This document shows positions 29,173 through 42,545 of a stretch of 64,000 bases of DNA, piece by piece. The stretch's first letter is position 1; the number at the start of each line of letters is the position of its first letter. The DNA is from Eledone cirrhosa (taxonomy: Eukaryota). The notes below the pieces were generated by a model that saw nothing but the letters and a program-made list of their open reading frames with translations, ran no database searches and was not told the origin of the DNA. The stretch covers positions 15,686,001-15,750,000 of the forward strand of contig OZ024764.1 of NCBI GenBank assembly GCA_964016885.1, written 5' to 3'. Position numbers and translations under genes: made by a program.

Positions 29173-30184
29173 TGTATATATATATATATATATATATATA
29201 TGCATGTATATATATATATATATATATATATGCATGTATGTGTTCTAAGGCGGGTAAAATTCCCGAGATCCATGGACGAGTTCTCTCCAGCAGTCTCTGT
29301 CCCTCATTATAGCTGCCATGTCCTGCGTCTCCAACAGACCAGTGTCTGTCCTTAGGGCATCAACATACGTTAACCTTGGTCTTCCTCTTCTAGTGTGCCC
29401 ATGTAGGGGCTCCCACAGGAGCACTGAGTGCAGTGTCAACTCTGGATGTCGGTGAGCATGTCCAGCTAACCTCAGTCTCCTCTGTGTCACTCTCGAGCTG
29501 ACTTTTGGGATGTATGTGTAACTGTATATATATATATAGTAATAATTGTTTCTACGTTTGGCACAAGGCCAGCAATTACCTAGCGCATTACTGGTACTTT
29601 ATTTTATCGACCCCGTAAGGATGAAAGGCAAAGTTAACCTCGGCGAGATTTGAACTCAGAATAGCAAGGGCCGCAACTCTATGTGTCAAAGCATGGCGTC
29701 CGACCCTCTACCGAAACTGCCAATCCACCGCCTTATATATAGTAATAATAATAATATTTATATCTATATATGGAGGGTAGTACTAAGTACCAGCCAGTTA
29801 CCGGTAGGAGAAAAGGCTCAATGTAAATATATATATATATATATACAGACTCACATAATAACTCCAACAACACCATCACCACTACAAGCAGCAATAACTC
29901 CCCACCCACACCACCACCTATAACTACTACAACAACAACATTGATAATGTGATATTCTGACATACAAATTTGCTGGTAATTTTCTCTCCTGTTGTGTAAC
30001 GACTCCATCCTCATTATTTTAGATTCGTTAATGACAAGTTTATTATAGGACATTAAGTCCATATTTACATATTCTGGCTGGCATTGTATTTCATTTCGTC
30101 AGTGCTGCGATGACCGGGACACTTGTACTTTTAAGTCTTTAGCATTTAAACTGGCCGTATCCAGCCAGAATTCTTTCACCTCTT

Positions 30185-31220
30185 CCTGAGACATTCTAAC
30201 CACATGTCTGTAGTATCAGAGCTGTGATCTCTCAATTCAGAGATTCTTTCCTGAGACATTCTAACCACATGTCTGTAGTATCAGAGCTGTGATCTCTCAA
30301 TTCAGAGATTCTTTCCTGAGACATTCTAACCACATGTCTGTAGTATCAGAGCTGTGATCTCTCAATCCAGAGATTCTTTCCTGAGACATTCTAACCACAT
30401 GTCTGTAGTATCAGAGCTGTAATCTCTCAATCCAGAGATTCTTTCCTGAGACATTCTAACCACATGTCTGTAGTATCAGAGCTGTGATCTCTCAATCCAG
30501 AGATTCTTTCCTGAGACATTCTAACCACATGTCTGTAGTATCAGAGCTGTGATCTCTCAATCCAGAGATTCTTTCCTGAGACATTCTACCACATGTCTGT
30601 AGTATCAGAGCTGTGATCTCTCAATTCAGAGATTCTTTCCTGAGACATTCTAACCACATGTCTGTAGTATCAGAGCTGTGATCTCTCAATTCAGAGATTC
30701 TTTCCTCAGACATTCTAACCACATGTCTGTAGTATCAGAGCTGTGATCTCTCAATTCAGAGATTCTTTCCTCAGACATTCTAACCACATGTCTGTAGTAT
30801 CAGAGCTGTGATCTCTCAATTCAGAGATTCTTTCCAGAGACATTCTAACCACATGTCTGTAGTATCAGAGCTGTGGTCTCTCAATTCAGAGATTCTTTCC
30901 TGAGACATTCTAACCACATGTCTGTAGTATCAGAGCTGTGGTCTCTCAATTCAGAGATTCTTTCCAGAGACATTCTAACCACATGTCTGTAGTATCAGAG
31001 CTGTGGTCTCTCAATCCAGAGATTCTTTCCTCAGACATTCTAACCACATGTCTGTAGTATCAGAGCTGTGGTCTCTCAATTCAGAGATTCTTTCCTGAGA
31101 CATTCTAACCACATGTCTGTAGTATCAGAGCTGTGATCTCTCAGTTCAGAGATTCTTTCCTGAGACATTCTAACCACATGTCTGTAGTATCAGAGATGTG
31201 ATCTCTCAATTCAGAGATTC
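30185..31220. repeat. 65-bp tandem repeat, ~16 copies
   Basis: Unit cctgagacattctaaccacatgtctgtagtatcagagctgtgatctctcaattcagagattcttt. Confidence 0.96.
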
Positions 31221-31263
31221 TGATGAATTCAAAGAAATGAAACAGTTCTAGTCCTGTAGAAGT
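31216..31263 (+). ncRNA. Degenerate family-F HHR at the end of the 65-bp array
   Basis: CTGATGA attcaaagaaat GAAA cagttctagtcctgt A. Stem I is poor. Confidence 0.5.
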
Positions 31264-31479
31264 CATATCTAGCCAGAATTCTCTCACCTCTTTCTGTTCA
31301 AACTGGCTGTAACCGGTCACACCAACTTAGTCACCTCCACCACAAACCTCAGTACCAGGGCTCACAATACAGAGGACAGGAAGACAAGCAATCGATCCAA
31401 TTTTATGGATGAGGTCAGATGTCAGGGATCTGAGGACACTTGAGGTCTCTACGGTGACCAATATAAAGAGGAAGTGACC

Positions 31480-31810
31480 ACTGCATCCTTTAAAACCTCC
31501 ATGGAACAAACTGCCTGCATCAGTTGTTAGCTGTTGAGACACTGCATCCTTTAAAACCTCCAAGGAACAAACTACCTGCATCAGTTGTTAGCTGTCGAGA
31601 CACTGCATCCTTTAAAACCTCCATCCTTCCTGAGATTCGCCAACACTACACCTAATATTCCCCCTCCATACACGCACACATGTATATCAGGAGTCATACA
31701 CTGTTCACTTCCCTGACATTAGTACATTATTCTATGTACTATACATGCACCTTTGTTGAGTTGTAGTGCACCTGAGCACTGTACACAATAATTTCATTAC
31801 TATTATTTAT
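31480..31810 (+). mobile_element. CR1/L2-type LINE 3' end with an internal ~63-bp duplication
   Basis: PWNKLPASVVSCRDTASFK motif, then a 3'UTR and an (ATT)-type tail. Confidence 0.6.
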
Positions 31811-32051
31811 TTCCAATGTTGCTCTATTTTTCTGTATGTTTAAACCTTATAAAAATTTGACCTTCTCTGTAAACATTTGAACTAATAAACCTGTTTTTAG
31901 GTTTTACTGAGTCATGTTAAGAGAATGTTAGGAGTTTAAACGAAAGGTTCTTTAAGTGGGGAGAGCAGGAGGATGGTGGGAGGGAGAGGGGGAGTTTGGT
32001 TCTTTTGTGTTCCTTTTATATATCTATATACTTATATTGAAATATATATCT

Positions 32052-32362
32052 CATCATCATCATCATTTTACGTCCACTTTTCCCTGCTTGCAAGGGTGGG
32101 ATGGTTCTATTCAGCACAGCATCTCTCCACTTGTCACGGTCCTTCGTCATCTCCTCCGTGAGCTTCAGCAATCTGAGATCTGCTCTCACCACCTCCACCC
32201 ATGTTTTTCGTGGTCTACCTCTTCTGCGTCTTCCTTCTACTGGCACTTCTTTATCCAGCGGTCATCCTCCATGTACATCACATGTCCATACCATCTCAGT
32301 CTTCTCTCCCACACACCAAAACTAATCCCTCTTATACATAGTTTCTCTCTCAACTCATCTAT
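32052..32362 (-). mobile_element. RTE LINE 3' fragment; others at 32674-32750 and 61983-62213
   Basis: Homologous to 22416-22740. Confidence 0.85.
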
Positions 32363-32774
32363 ACTTGGTGTGGCAATAAAGTCTTTAGAAAAACGCTTTA
32401 AATAAAATGCACAACATATTGAAACTAAAATTTATATATTCTGCAATACAATAACATCTTTACACCTTATCTATAGGTGTGACTTATACACAAGTATATA
32501 CCTTATTTACAGGTGTGACTTATACACAAGTATATACCTTATCTACAGGTGTGACTACTGAATACAATAACATCTTTACAGTCCTTATGCAAAGCATTTA
32601 ACTCTTTCTGGAACCGTTCCTCCGGCATTTGTCGAAACCACTGCAATAATTCATCTACCACCTCTTCTAATGAATCATCATCATCATCATCATCATCATT
32701 TTACGTCCGCTCTTCCCTGCTTGCAAGGGTGGGACGGGTCTTATTCAGCACATGAAGTGAAAACAAATTTGCAA

Positions 32775-33218
32775 AGATGTTGCTTTAATAACTTGAACAC
32801 CCAACGATTGAAGAAATTTATCCCTTTAGCATTTAAGCCAGCCATAATTGGCCACTCATACTGTTGTTAAGTTATTGTTCTCAAAATAAATAATATCAAA
32901 ATCTCATAGATGCTGTTTTAATAACTTGAACACCCAACGATTGAACAAATTTATCCCTTTAGCATTTAAGCCAGCCATAATTGGCCACTCATACTGTTGT
33001 TAAGTTATTGTTCTCAAAATAAATAATATCAAAATCTCATAGATGCTGTTTTAATAACTTGAACACCCAACGATTGAAGAAATTTATCCCTTTAGCATTT
33101 AAGCCAGCCATAATTGGCCACTCATACTGTTGTTAAGTTATTGTTCTCAAAATAAATAATATCAAAATCTCATAGATGCTGTTTTAATAACTTGAACACC
33201 CAACGATTGAACAAATTT
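32775..33218. repeat. 133-bp tandem repeat, 3.3 copies
   Basis: agatg recurs at 32775, 32908, 33041 and 33174. The unit contains ccctttagcattt. Confidence 0.9.
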
Positions 33219-33477
33219 AAGTGAGGAATCTAGGGTGATTGTTTGATCATTGCCACTCTTTTCCACTGGAAAACATCTTTTGTTGATTGAGTAGTTTGAT
33301 GTGTGTATTATAAACTCACAGCAAAATAATTATGCATCGGCCTGTGACAAAATAGAACATTCATACAGAATATCACACACGTACAACAAAGTTCAAATTC
33401 CAACTAATTTAACTAGATTTACTGCTATATACGACACACAGCTTACATTTGTAAAGACTTCATTGCCATGGCAAGTG

Positions 33478-33616
<139 letters not shown>

Positions 33617-34067
33617 ATAAATATGTATATATATATATATAAATATGTATATATATATATATATAAATATGTATATATATATATATAAATATGTATATAT
33701 ATATATATATAAATATGTATATATATATATATAAATATGTATATATATATATATAAATATGTATATATATATATATATATAAATATGTATATATATATAT
33801 ATATAAATATGAATATATATATATATAAATATGTATATATATATATATATAAATATGTATATATATATATATAAATATGTATATATATATATATATAAAT
33901 ATGTATATATATATAAATATGTATATATATATATATATATATGAATATGTATATATATATAAATATGTATATATATATATAAATATGTATATATATATAT
34001 ATAAATATGTATATATGTATATATATGTATATATACAGAGAGGTAGAGAGTGAAAGATATATATATA

Positions 34068-34253
34068 TAACAAAGGAAGTGTGGTAAGGAACCAGGTGGA
34101 CCATAACGCACCAGAGTACTCAATACTTAGGGTAGTAGAGTGGGAAATAGGAAAATGTATGACCCCGACGGCAGAGCTTAAGCCGTTTCGACGGCTATTT
34201 CTGGAAATAGCCGTCGAAACGGCTTAAGCTCTGCCGTCGGGGTCATACTTTTT

Positions 34254-34258
<5 letters not shown>
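34068..34258. mobile_element. Family-D fold-back element
   Basis: Centre gacggctattt ctgg aaatagccgtc. Long arm on -, short arm on +. (TA)n flanks. Confidence 0.8.
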
Positions 34259-34290
<32 letters not shown>

Positions 34291-34636
34291 CATCATCATC
34301 ATCATCATTTCATTTTACATCCACTTTTCCCTGCTTGCAAGGGTGGGACAGGAACTGATGCTGGCTTGATTTCTACAGCTGGATGCCCTTCCTAACACCA
34401 ACCTCATTTACAGTGAGTGCTGGGTGCTTTTTTGCCGTGGCACCTCCACGACCACTTTACAGTGGAATGATAGGGACCCCAGTCCCTATCATCTCATTTC
34501 TACAGCTGAGTAAACTGGAGCAATGTGAAATAAAGTGTCTTGCTCAAGGAAACAACACATCACCCGGTCTGAGAATTGAACTCACAACCTTTCGATTGCA
34601 AGGCCAATGCTCTAACCACTAAGCCATGTGCCTCCC
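34291..34636 (-). mobile_element. Full-length tRNA-derived SINE
   Basis: Reverse complement of 37361-37710. Further copies at 38735-39023, 47150-47412 and 57546-58028. Confidence 0.85.
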
Positions 34637-35014
34637 ATTTATATATATGTATATATATATAAATGGGAGGCACATTTATACATTTTTTTACATATTTATA
34701 TATATGTATATATATAGAGAGAGGGGAAGGAGAGTGCTGGAGTATGTTGCCTCAGGAACATAGCTTCACATTAATCCAACCAAATTATGTCAGTAGGTGA
34801 CATATATAACAGCTATAATGGTTTCTTTATTTACTTGACAGGGCCCACATTAACTCCCCTAAAGCTGCAGTGTTAATGACATACACTGTACTACAATTAA
34901 TTAATCCACCCCACCCCTCACCCCAGCCGTGCCCTACTCCTAAGGCCCCCCCCCCCCTCCCTCCCTCCCACCTCCTATATACAGTAATTGGTCAGTAATT
35001 TTGGAAAATGGGCT

Positions 35015-36330
35015 GCAGCTCTCACCACCTCCGCCCATGTTTTTCATGGTCTTCCTCTACTGCGTCTTCCTTCTACTGGCATTTCTTGGCACTTCTTTAC
35101 CCAGTGGTCATCCTCCATGTACATCACATGTCCATACCATCTCAGTCTTCTCTCCCACACACCACAACTTATCCCTCTTATACACAGTTTCTCTCTCAAC
35201 ACATCACATGTCCATACCATCTCAGTCTTCTCTCCCACACACCACAACTTATCCCTCTTATACACAGTTTCTCTCTCAACACATCACATGTCCATACCAT
35301 CTCAGTCTTCTCTCCCACACACCACAACTTATCCCTCTTATACAGAGTTCCTCTCTCAACACATCACATGTCCATACCACCGCAGTCTTCTCTCCCACAC
35401 ACCACAACTTATCCCTCTTATACCCAATTTCTCTCTCAACACATCACATGTCCATACCATCTCAGTCTTCTCTCCAACACACCACAACTTATCCCTCTTA
35501 TACACAGTTCCTCTCTCAACACATCACATGTCCATACCACCGCAGTCTTCTCTCCCACACACCACAACTTATCCCTCTTATACACAGTTTCTCTCTCAAC
35601 TCATCACATGTCCATACCACCTCAGTCTTCTCTCCCACTCACCACAACTTATCCCTCTTATACACATTTTCTCTCTCGACTCATCACATGTCCATACCAT
35701 CTCAGTCTTCTCTCCCACACACCACAACTTATCCCTCTTATACACAGTTCCTCTCTCAACACATCACATGTCCATACCACCACAGTCTTCTCTTCCACAC
35801 ACCACAACTTATCTCTCTTATACACAGTTCGTCTCTCAACACATCACATGTCCATACCACCGCAGTCTTCTCTCCCACACACCACAACTTATCCCTCTTA
35901 TACACAGTTTCTCTCTCAACTCATCACATGTCCATACCACCTCAGTCTTCTCTCCCACACACAACAACTTATCCCTCTTATACCCAGTTTCTCTCTCAAC
36001 ACATCAAATGTCCATACCATCTCAGTCTTCTCTCCCACACACCACAACTTATCCCTCTTATACACAGTTTCTCTCTCAACACATCACATGTCCATACCAT
36101 CTCAGTCTTCTCTCCCACACACCACAACTTATCCCTCTTATACACAGTTTCTCTCTCAACTCATCCATGCTGGGTCATTCACACACATTGACATTGCACA
36201 TCCAACGGAGCATACTTGCTTCATTTCTCTCCAGCCGTCGCATATCCTCTGCATTTGCTGCCCATGTCTCACTACCATGCAGCATCACGCATCTCACACA
36301 GGCATCATACAACCGGCCTTTCGTACGCAG
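35015..36330 (-). mobile_element. RTE LINE fragment with an internal 80-bp unit amplified 13x (35121-36160)
   Basis: The flanks align to RTE 22555-22660 and 22740-22905. Period 80. Confidence 0.9.
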
Positions 36331-36734
36331 TATAAATATAATAATAATAATAATAATTATTATATATACATATATATATATACACAAAGGAAATCAATAT
36401 ATACTATAAAACAATGGTATGATTCTATCAGAGAATTGAAGATAAAACTCCAAGACCTCAGAGAGCTTATATCAATATCATAGGAAAGCAGATATTTAAT
36501 ATTTAGCAGGGAACAACAATATAATTTAGCTAAAAAAACAGACAGAATAAGTATTATACTTCCATAGTTACTAAGTTTATATATATATCTGTGTGTGTGT
36601 GTGTGTGTCTGTGTGTGTGTGTGTGTGTGTCTGTGTGTGTGTGTGTACAGACAAACATAAATATATATATGTATGTATATTTATATATATATATATATAC
36701 TGTATATATATATATATAATATATATAATATATA

Positions 36735-36790
<56 letters not shown>

Positions 36791-36842
36791 GACAAACATA
36801 AATATATATATGTATGTATATTTATATATGTATACATATATA

Positions 36843-36888
<46 letters not shown>

Positions 36889-37065
36889 TATATAATATAT
36901 ATATATAATATATATATATGCAGACAAACATAAATATATATATGTATAATTTATATATATATATATGTATATATATATGTACATATGTATATTTCTATAT
37001 GTATATATATTTATGTTTGTATATATATGTATATGCAAGCAGGGAAAAGTGGACGTAAAATGATG

Positions 37066-37168
<103 letters not shown>

Positions 37169-37360
37169 TTACATACACACATGTATAAGACAATCTTCCT
37201 CCTACACAGTTCCATTCATAATTTCCCATCACATGACCATCATCTCCATGGAATGTAGGTGGCGTTAGTATTGGTTAAATTAGTTTGCCAAACTAATTTC
37301 CTTCTAATTCCACAAGCTTAATGATTGTTTGGCTTTTGGACAGTATGTGTGTATATACAT

Positions 37361-37707
37361 GGAGGCACATGGCTTAGTGGTTAGGGCATTGGCCTTGCAA
37401 TCGAAAGGTTGTGAGTTCAATTCTCAGACCGGGTGATGTGTTGTTTCCTTGAGCAAGACACTTTATTTCACATTGCTCCAGTTTACTCAGCTGTAGAAAT
37501 GAGATGATAGGGACTGGGGTCCCTATCATTCCACTGTAAAGTGGTCGTGGAGGTGCCATGGCAAAAAAGCACCCAGCACTCACTGTAAATGAGGTTGGTG
37601 TTAGGAAGGGCATCCAGCTGTAGAAATCAAGCCAGAATCAGTTCCCGTCCCACCCTTGCAAGCAGGGAAAAAGCGGACGTAAAAAAAAAAAAAAAAAAAT
37701 GAAATGA

Positions 37708-37710
<3 letters not shown>
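37361..37710 (+). mobile_element. Full-length tRNA-derived SINE (A box, B box, CORE/Meta-like centre, RTE-like tail)
   Basis: A box tggcttagtggtta, B box gagttcaattctc, centre ccttgagcaagacacttt. The 3' end cccacccttgcaagcagggaaaa...ggacgtaaa is shared with the RTE LINE. Confidence 0.88.
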
Positions 37711-37770
<60 letters not shown>

Positions 37771-37801
37771 CCTTGATTAAATCTTAACCATCCAACATGT
37801 C

Positions 37802-38003
37802 CTGATGAGGACGTACTATTGAACTTGATTCAAGTAGCTCTGAAATATGTATAATAAAATTTAATTGATCACAAGAGCATCTATTTTATTTATACTTGAA
37901 TTTAATATTAATAACCCTGGAAAATATTCTCTTGTAGAGTGCTTCCAGTCTACTGTAAAACTCATTCTTTGATGTACACATTGAATCTTGTTTAACTCTT
38001 TAA
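37802..38003 (+). mobile_element. Solo family-B element with HHR core (37802-37860); 5' strand of stem I lost
   Basis: CTGATGA ggacgtacta ttgaa cttga ttcaa gtagctct GAAA tatgtata ataaaat. The tail matches the reverse complement of 7537-7680. Confidence 0.7.
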
Positions 38004-38004
38004 A

Positions 38005-38037
<33 letters not shown>

Positions 38038-38212
38038 CGTTATTCCGGGTTGAATCAGAGGTAACCACAGTAAGTAAGGTACTCAATACATTGCAGAGTA
38101 CAAAAGTTTTAATATAGATGAGATTCTACAGGACTAGAACCGTTTCATGGGATTCCTGATGATTTCTAAAGAATGAAACAGTTCTAGTCCTGTAGAATCT
38201 CATCTATATTAA

Positions 38213-38216
<4 letters not shown>
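38038..38216. mobile_element. Family-F fold-back; HHR on + at 38151-38199
   Basis: Intact core and stems. The upstream inverted arm is complementary to GAAA, stem III and the tail. Confidence 0.8.
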
Positions 38217-38247
<31 letters not shown>

Positions 38248-38248
<1 letters not shown>

Positions 38249-38623
38249 GAGGGTAATCCCAAAAGTAAGGTCTCCAAAGCGATGGGGACGGCTGTTGGCA
38301 ACACTGTTGTGATTGGTGCTTCCTTCACTCCCAAACAAGCATGTGCGCGCTTCACTGGGAAGCTCAATCTTGGCTTGGCAGCCATTGAGAATGGAGCTCC
38401 CGTTGAACGCTACCGCAGCCAAGTGTGAATTTTGCGTAGTATATTATATACGAGAGCAATCCCAAAAGTAAGGTCTTCCGAGGAAAACATGTGTAAGGAT
38501 CGGCGGATCACTCTGGATGCTCTCTGCATTTTAGTTCGTGAGGTTTCCCAGAGCACCATCCACAGGATTTTAACGGAAAAGTTGCAATATCGGAAAGAGA
38601 CCTTACTTTTGGGATTGCCCTCA
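38248..38623 (+). mobile_element. Non-autonomous mariner derivative(s): two left TIRs, one right TIR
   Basis: ta|cgagggtaatcccaaaagtaaggtct at 38248 and ~38451, with the reverse complement at 38597-38623. Transposase remnant DRRITLDAL...STIHRILTEKLQYRK. Confidence 0.75.
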
Positions 38624-39260
38624 TATATATATATATATATGTATATATATACACACACACACATATATATATATATGTGTGTCTATCTATATATATAAAG
38701 TTGTAGATCCTGCCTGTCTGTCTGTCTGTTTGTTCGGGAATTGATTCTGGCTTGATTTCTACAGCTGGATGCCCTTCCTAACACCAACCTCATTTACAGT
38801 GAGTGCTGGGTGCTTTTTTGCTGTGGCACCTCCATGACCACTTTGCAGTGGAATGATAGGGACCCCAGTCCCTATCATCTCATTTCTACAGCTGAGTAAA
38901 CTGGAGCAATGTGAAATAAAGTGTCTTGCTCAAGGACACAACACATCACCCGGTCTGAGAATTGAACTCACAACCTTTTGATTGCAAGGCCAATGCTCTA
39001 ACCACTAAGCCATGTGACTCCATATTGCTCTAACCACTAAGCCATATATATTCTGAAACTACATTGCCCAGGGTACTTGGATAAGTATATTTCATTTTAA
39101 TCAAAGGGTTCCCTGGGTACACAAAGCCCCGCTAACATCAAGACTTCTTTTCCTATTATATCAAGCATTAACTTAATATATATACTCATTGTACTGTATT
39201 TGCTGTGCTGTTTGCATTTACTTTTTGCCTATATACATACATATATGATATATATATATG

Positions 39261-39313
<53 letters not shown>

Positions 39314-39367
39314 TGTATATATATACATATATATATAATTCTATATACACAGACATATATATATATA

Positions 39368-39399
<32 letters not shown>

Positions 39400-39520
39400 C
39401 ACACATATATATATATACACATATATATATATACATATATATATATACATACATATATATATGTGTATATATATATGTGTATATATATATATATATATAC
39501 ATATATGTATAATTATATAT

Positions 39521-39554
<34 letters not shown>

Positions 39555-39619
39555 CATACACACACATATATATATATATATATATACATACCATATATAT
39601 ATATATATACATATACATA

Positions 39620-39656
<37 letters not shown>

Positions 39657-39661
39657 CATAC

Positions 39662-39704
<43 letters not shown>

Positions 39705-39850
39705 TATTTTCCGTTGTGTTGTAATATAAATATTACACACAGTAGATGGACAGCTCACGTAGAGTTTGCTCGACGGTTCCAGTTGTAGTTCCAAAAGTAA
39801 TCCGGAGAAAAATAGAAAGATTTGAATGGATACAGTTTAGTTGAAAGGAA

Positions 39851-39972
39851 TTTATTGACACGTGTTTCGATAACAGTTACATAACCTAAAACAGCTGCTA
39901 TCTACAAAGTATTAGTTATGCAGACATTCAATATTTCAATGTTATTATCAACTGTCATTTCATCAGAATAAT
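39851..39972 (-). ncRNA. pLTR hammerhead ribozyme of the Penelope-like element
   Basis: Reverse complement ttatt CTGATGA aatgacagttg ... taactgttatc GAAA cacgtgt C aataa. Palindromic stem III ACACGTGT, GUC site, long stem II loop. Confidence 0.75.
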
Positions 39973-40492
39973 ATTACTGAGGACCTATTTAGTTTTTATA
40001 GAGAATATTAGGAGGGAGGGGTGAAGTTGTTAGAAGAATAGTTGAAGGAGTGGTTTTTTGATAGCAGTGAGAATTTTTGGTGGCAGTGAGTAATTAGATT
40101 CCCATCTGTTGTTTTGACATTTTTTATAGAATATATTATTGGTTATTTTTCTAAATCTATAGAAGGATTAGAGATAGTAAAGATATGCGTGGTTGGTTTT
40201 GTGTTTGCACTTAATTAACATTCAGATTTAAATTTTTCTTTCAAGTGTACGTATCCTTTCACCCACACATTCACACATAAATATATTTGCACACCTCTAC
40301 AAAATACATATACTCACAATTCACATATTCATACTTACATATATATACACATGCATACACATATATACTCAACTTATCTTTATATACACACGTATAGACA
40401 CACACATATATACATACTTACTCTAGTCCATGTGTACACACATACACATACATACACATCTATATACACATATATACATACATATACATATA

Positions 40493-40524
<32 letters not shown>

Positions 40525-40528
<4 letters not shown>

Positions 40529-40908
40529 AAGAAAAAGGGATGAAATCGAAAATGCAACTGAAGTCTTATTTTTTTTTTTTTTTAAATTTTTTTTTTTAAA
40601 ATATATATATTTATTTGGTTCCTTTACCGGTTTCGCAGTTCTTCTGCTTTTCAAAAGGTGAGTTGAGATGGAGGGTCTGTGGTTTTTCTCACATGTGAGA
40701 AAAACCACAGACCCTCCATCTCAACTCACCTTTTGAAAAGCAGAAGAACTGCGAAACCGGTAAAGGAACCAAATAAATATATATATTTAAAAAAAAAAAA
40801 AAAAAAAAATAAGACTTCAGTTGCATTTTCGATTTCATCCCTTTTTCTTTATACTTCCACTCGTGTAGGACACCTCGGTTATTTTTCATTTTGTAAAAAA
40901 AACCTCAC

Positions 40909-40915
<7 letters not shown>
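40525..40915. mobile_element. Spacerless ~165-bp-arm palindrome nested in the PLE 3' region; carries the HHR 3' half GAAACCGGTA
   Basis: Centre ctcaca|tgtgag at 40693/40694. Arms 40525-40693 and 40694-40853. Confidence 0.8.
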
Positions 40916-40963
<48 letters not shown>

Positions 40964-41252
40964 TATATACACATATATATATAAGCACTTTAATACATGA
41001 ATACACTTACATCTAACTATACACATCAAACATATATATATATTTACTTATTTATATACATTTTCACATATATATACATAGTTATGGACGTTTTTAGACA
41101 CATTCATTATCGCATATTTGCACCTATTCTCATCAGCATATCTTTCCATTATTAGTGTGGTAATTTAAGGTTATTAATATATGTTGAGAAGAGATTGTTT
41201 TTATATTTTTCTAACTAGATTAAGGTTTATATAGTTGGGGGATGTCCCTCTT

Positions 41253-42348
41253 TTATGTAATATTCGGCTTGTAGTGGGAAAAAAGGGTTTTAGTTCTGTG
41301 ACGGCAGAATAATGTTCGTTCAATTCTGTTATTCAGCAGTTTCTTCTTGTGTGTGATTATGTAATAAATCTCAAGATTACACAATTTGCAGAAATTTTGG
41401 CTCCTGGAAAAGCTTTGGGTTTTAGCTAATTTCTCCCATTTTAGGGTAAACTTTTGATCGCTATCCCTGAGCGTCCAAGCTTTTTCTGCTAAAGTTGTTA
41501 CATTTCTTTGGCTCTGGTGTTTTATTGAGTAAGAATGCCTATACAATCGAGATTTAAACGATGTTGCCATTGATCCCACGTAATACCACTCGTTGCCTCC
41601 GGATTTAATGGTACACTTATAAATAATATTTTTTTTCAGGCAGTTATTGCCGAGGGGGCAGTTGTCAGGATAGGTGCAGTTACAGTTGTGTACGTTGGGT
41701 TTTCTCTGGAGTAGTATTGCGGACGAACTTAGGTGTGGTTTATTTATGTTCTGTATTGTCTACTGTTTTTTTTGTGTTCTTTGTACTTAAGTTCTTAGTG
41801 TTTTCGTTTAACCTTCTAGTATTGATCTTTTTTATGTGTTGTTCAAGGTTTAACGCTGTAGAGTATGACAGTCTTATAGTGGTAGGGTTTAGGATTTTGT
41901 GGTATTTGTGTGATGTGGGAAAATGTCTTTTAATTATTTTAAAGAAGAGTACTGGTAAATTTGTACTAATGGAACTATTGTATTCGGGGTTATACCATAA
42001 GTACTCTTTGCATCGCTTTCTATTAGTTTTGTTTGTTGGTTTACTGGTGTGCATACTATGGTAGTAAGTGTGGTTTGGTGTTGTGTTATTATATCTACCT
42101 ATGTGGGATTTATTTTGGGTGTTTTGATTGTTCCCATCTATGTACTCTATTTTGTTGAGGTAGCCTGCTTTACTAAGGGCGTTATCGTAGTACTCGGCGT
42201 GTTCCTTAAATACTTGTATGTTAGAAGATAGACCCGAGATTCTAAGGGAAATATTTTTAGGGATAGATTTAATTATAGAGATGGGGTGGTTAGACCCAAC
42301 ATTTACGTATTTGAGATTTTCATTCAATTTATGAAACGGTTTAATCAA
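41253..42348 (-). pseudogene. Penelope-like RT C-terminus and GIY-YIG endonuclease (one frameshift, at or upstream of the stop at 41740)
   Basis: KPFHK...YVNVGSNHP..IIKSIP..ISLRIS, then WYNP, then in another frame CNC...CPLGNNC...IIYKC...YVGS...FKSR...H...CKLC...LLNNR.E...CRH. Confidence 0.85.
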
Positions 42349-42464
42349 AAGTTTGTAGATAGCAGCTGTTTTAGGTTATGTAACTGTTATAGAAACACGT
42401 GTCAATAAATTCCTTTCAACTAAACTGTATCCATTCAAATCTTTCTATATATATATATATATAT

Positions 42465-42545
<81 letters not shown>

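Larger units (their letters stand above)
39700..42447 (-). mobile_element. 5'-truncated Penelope-like retroelement with 3' pLTR HHR and an inverted pLTR fragment at the 5' junction
   Basis: RT thumb plus GIY-YIG remnant. HHR at 39851-39972. 42352-42447 is the reverse complement of 39813-39908. (TA)n at both ends. Confidence 0.85.
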
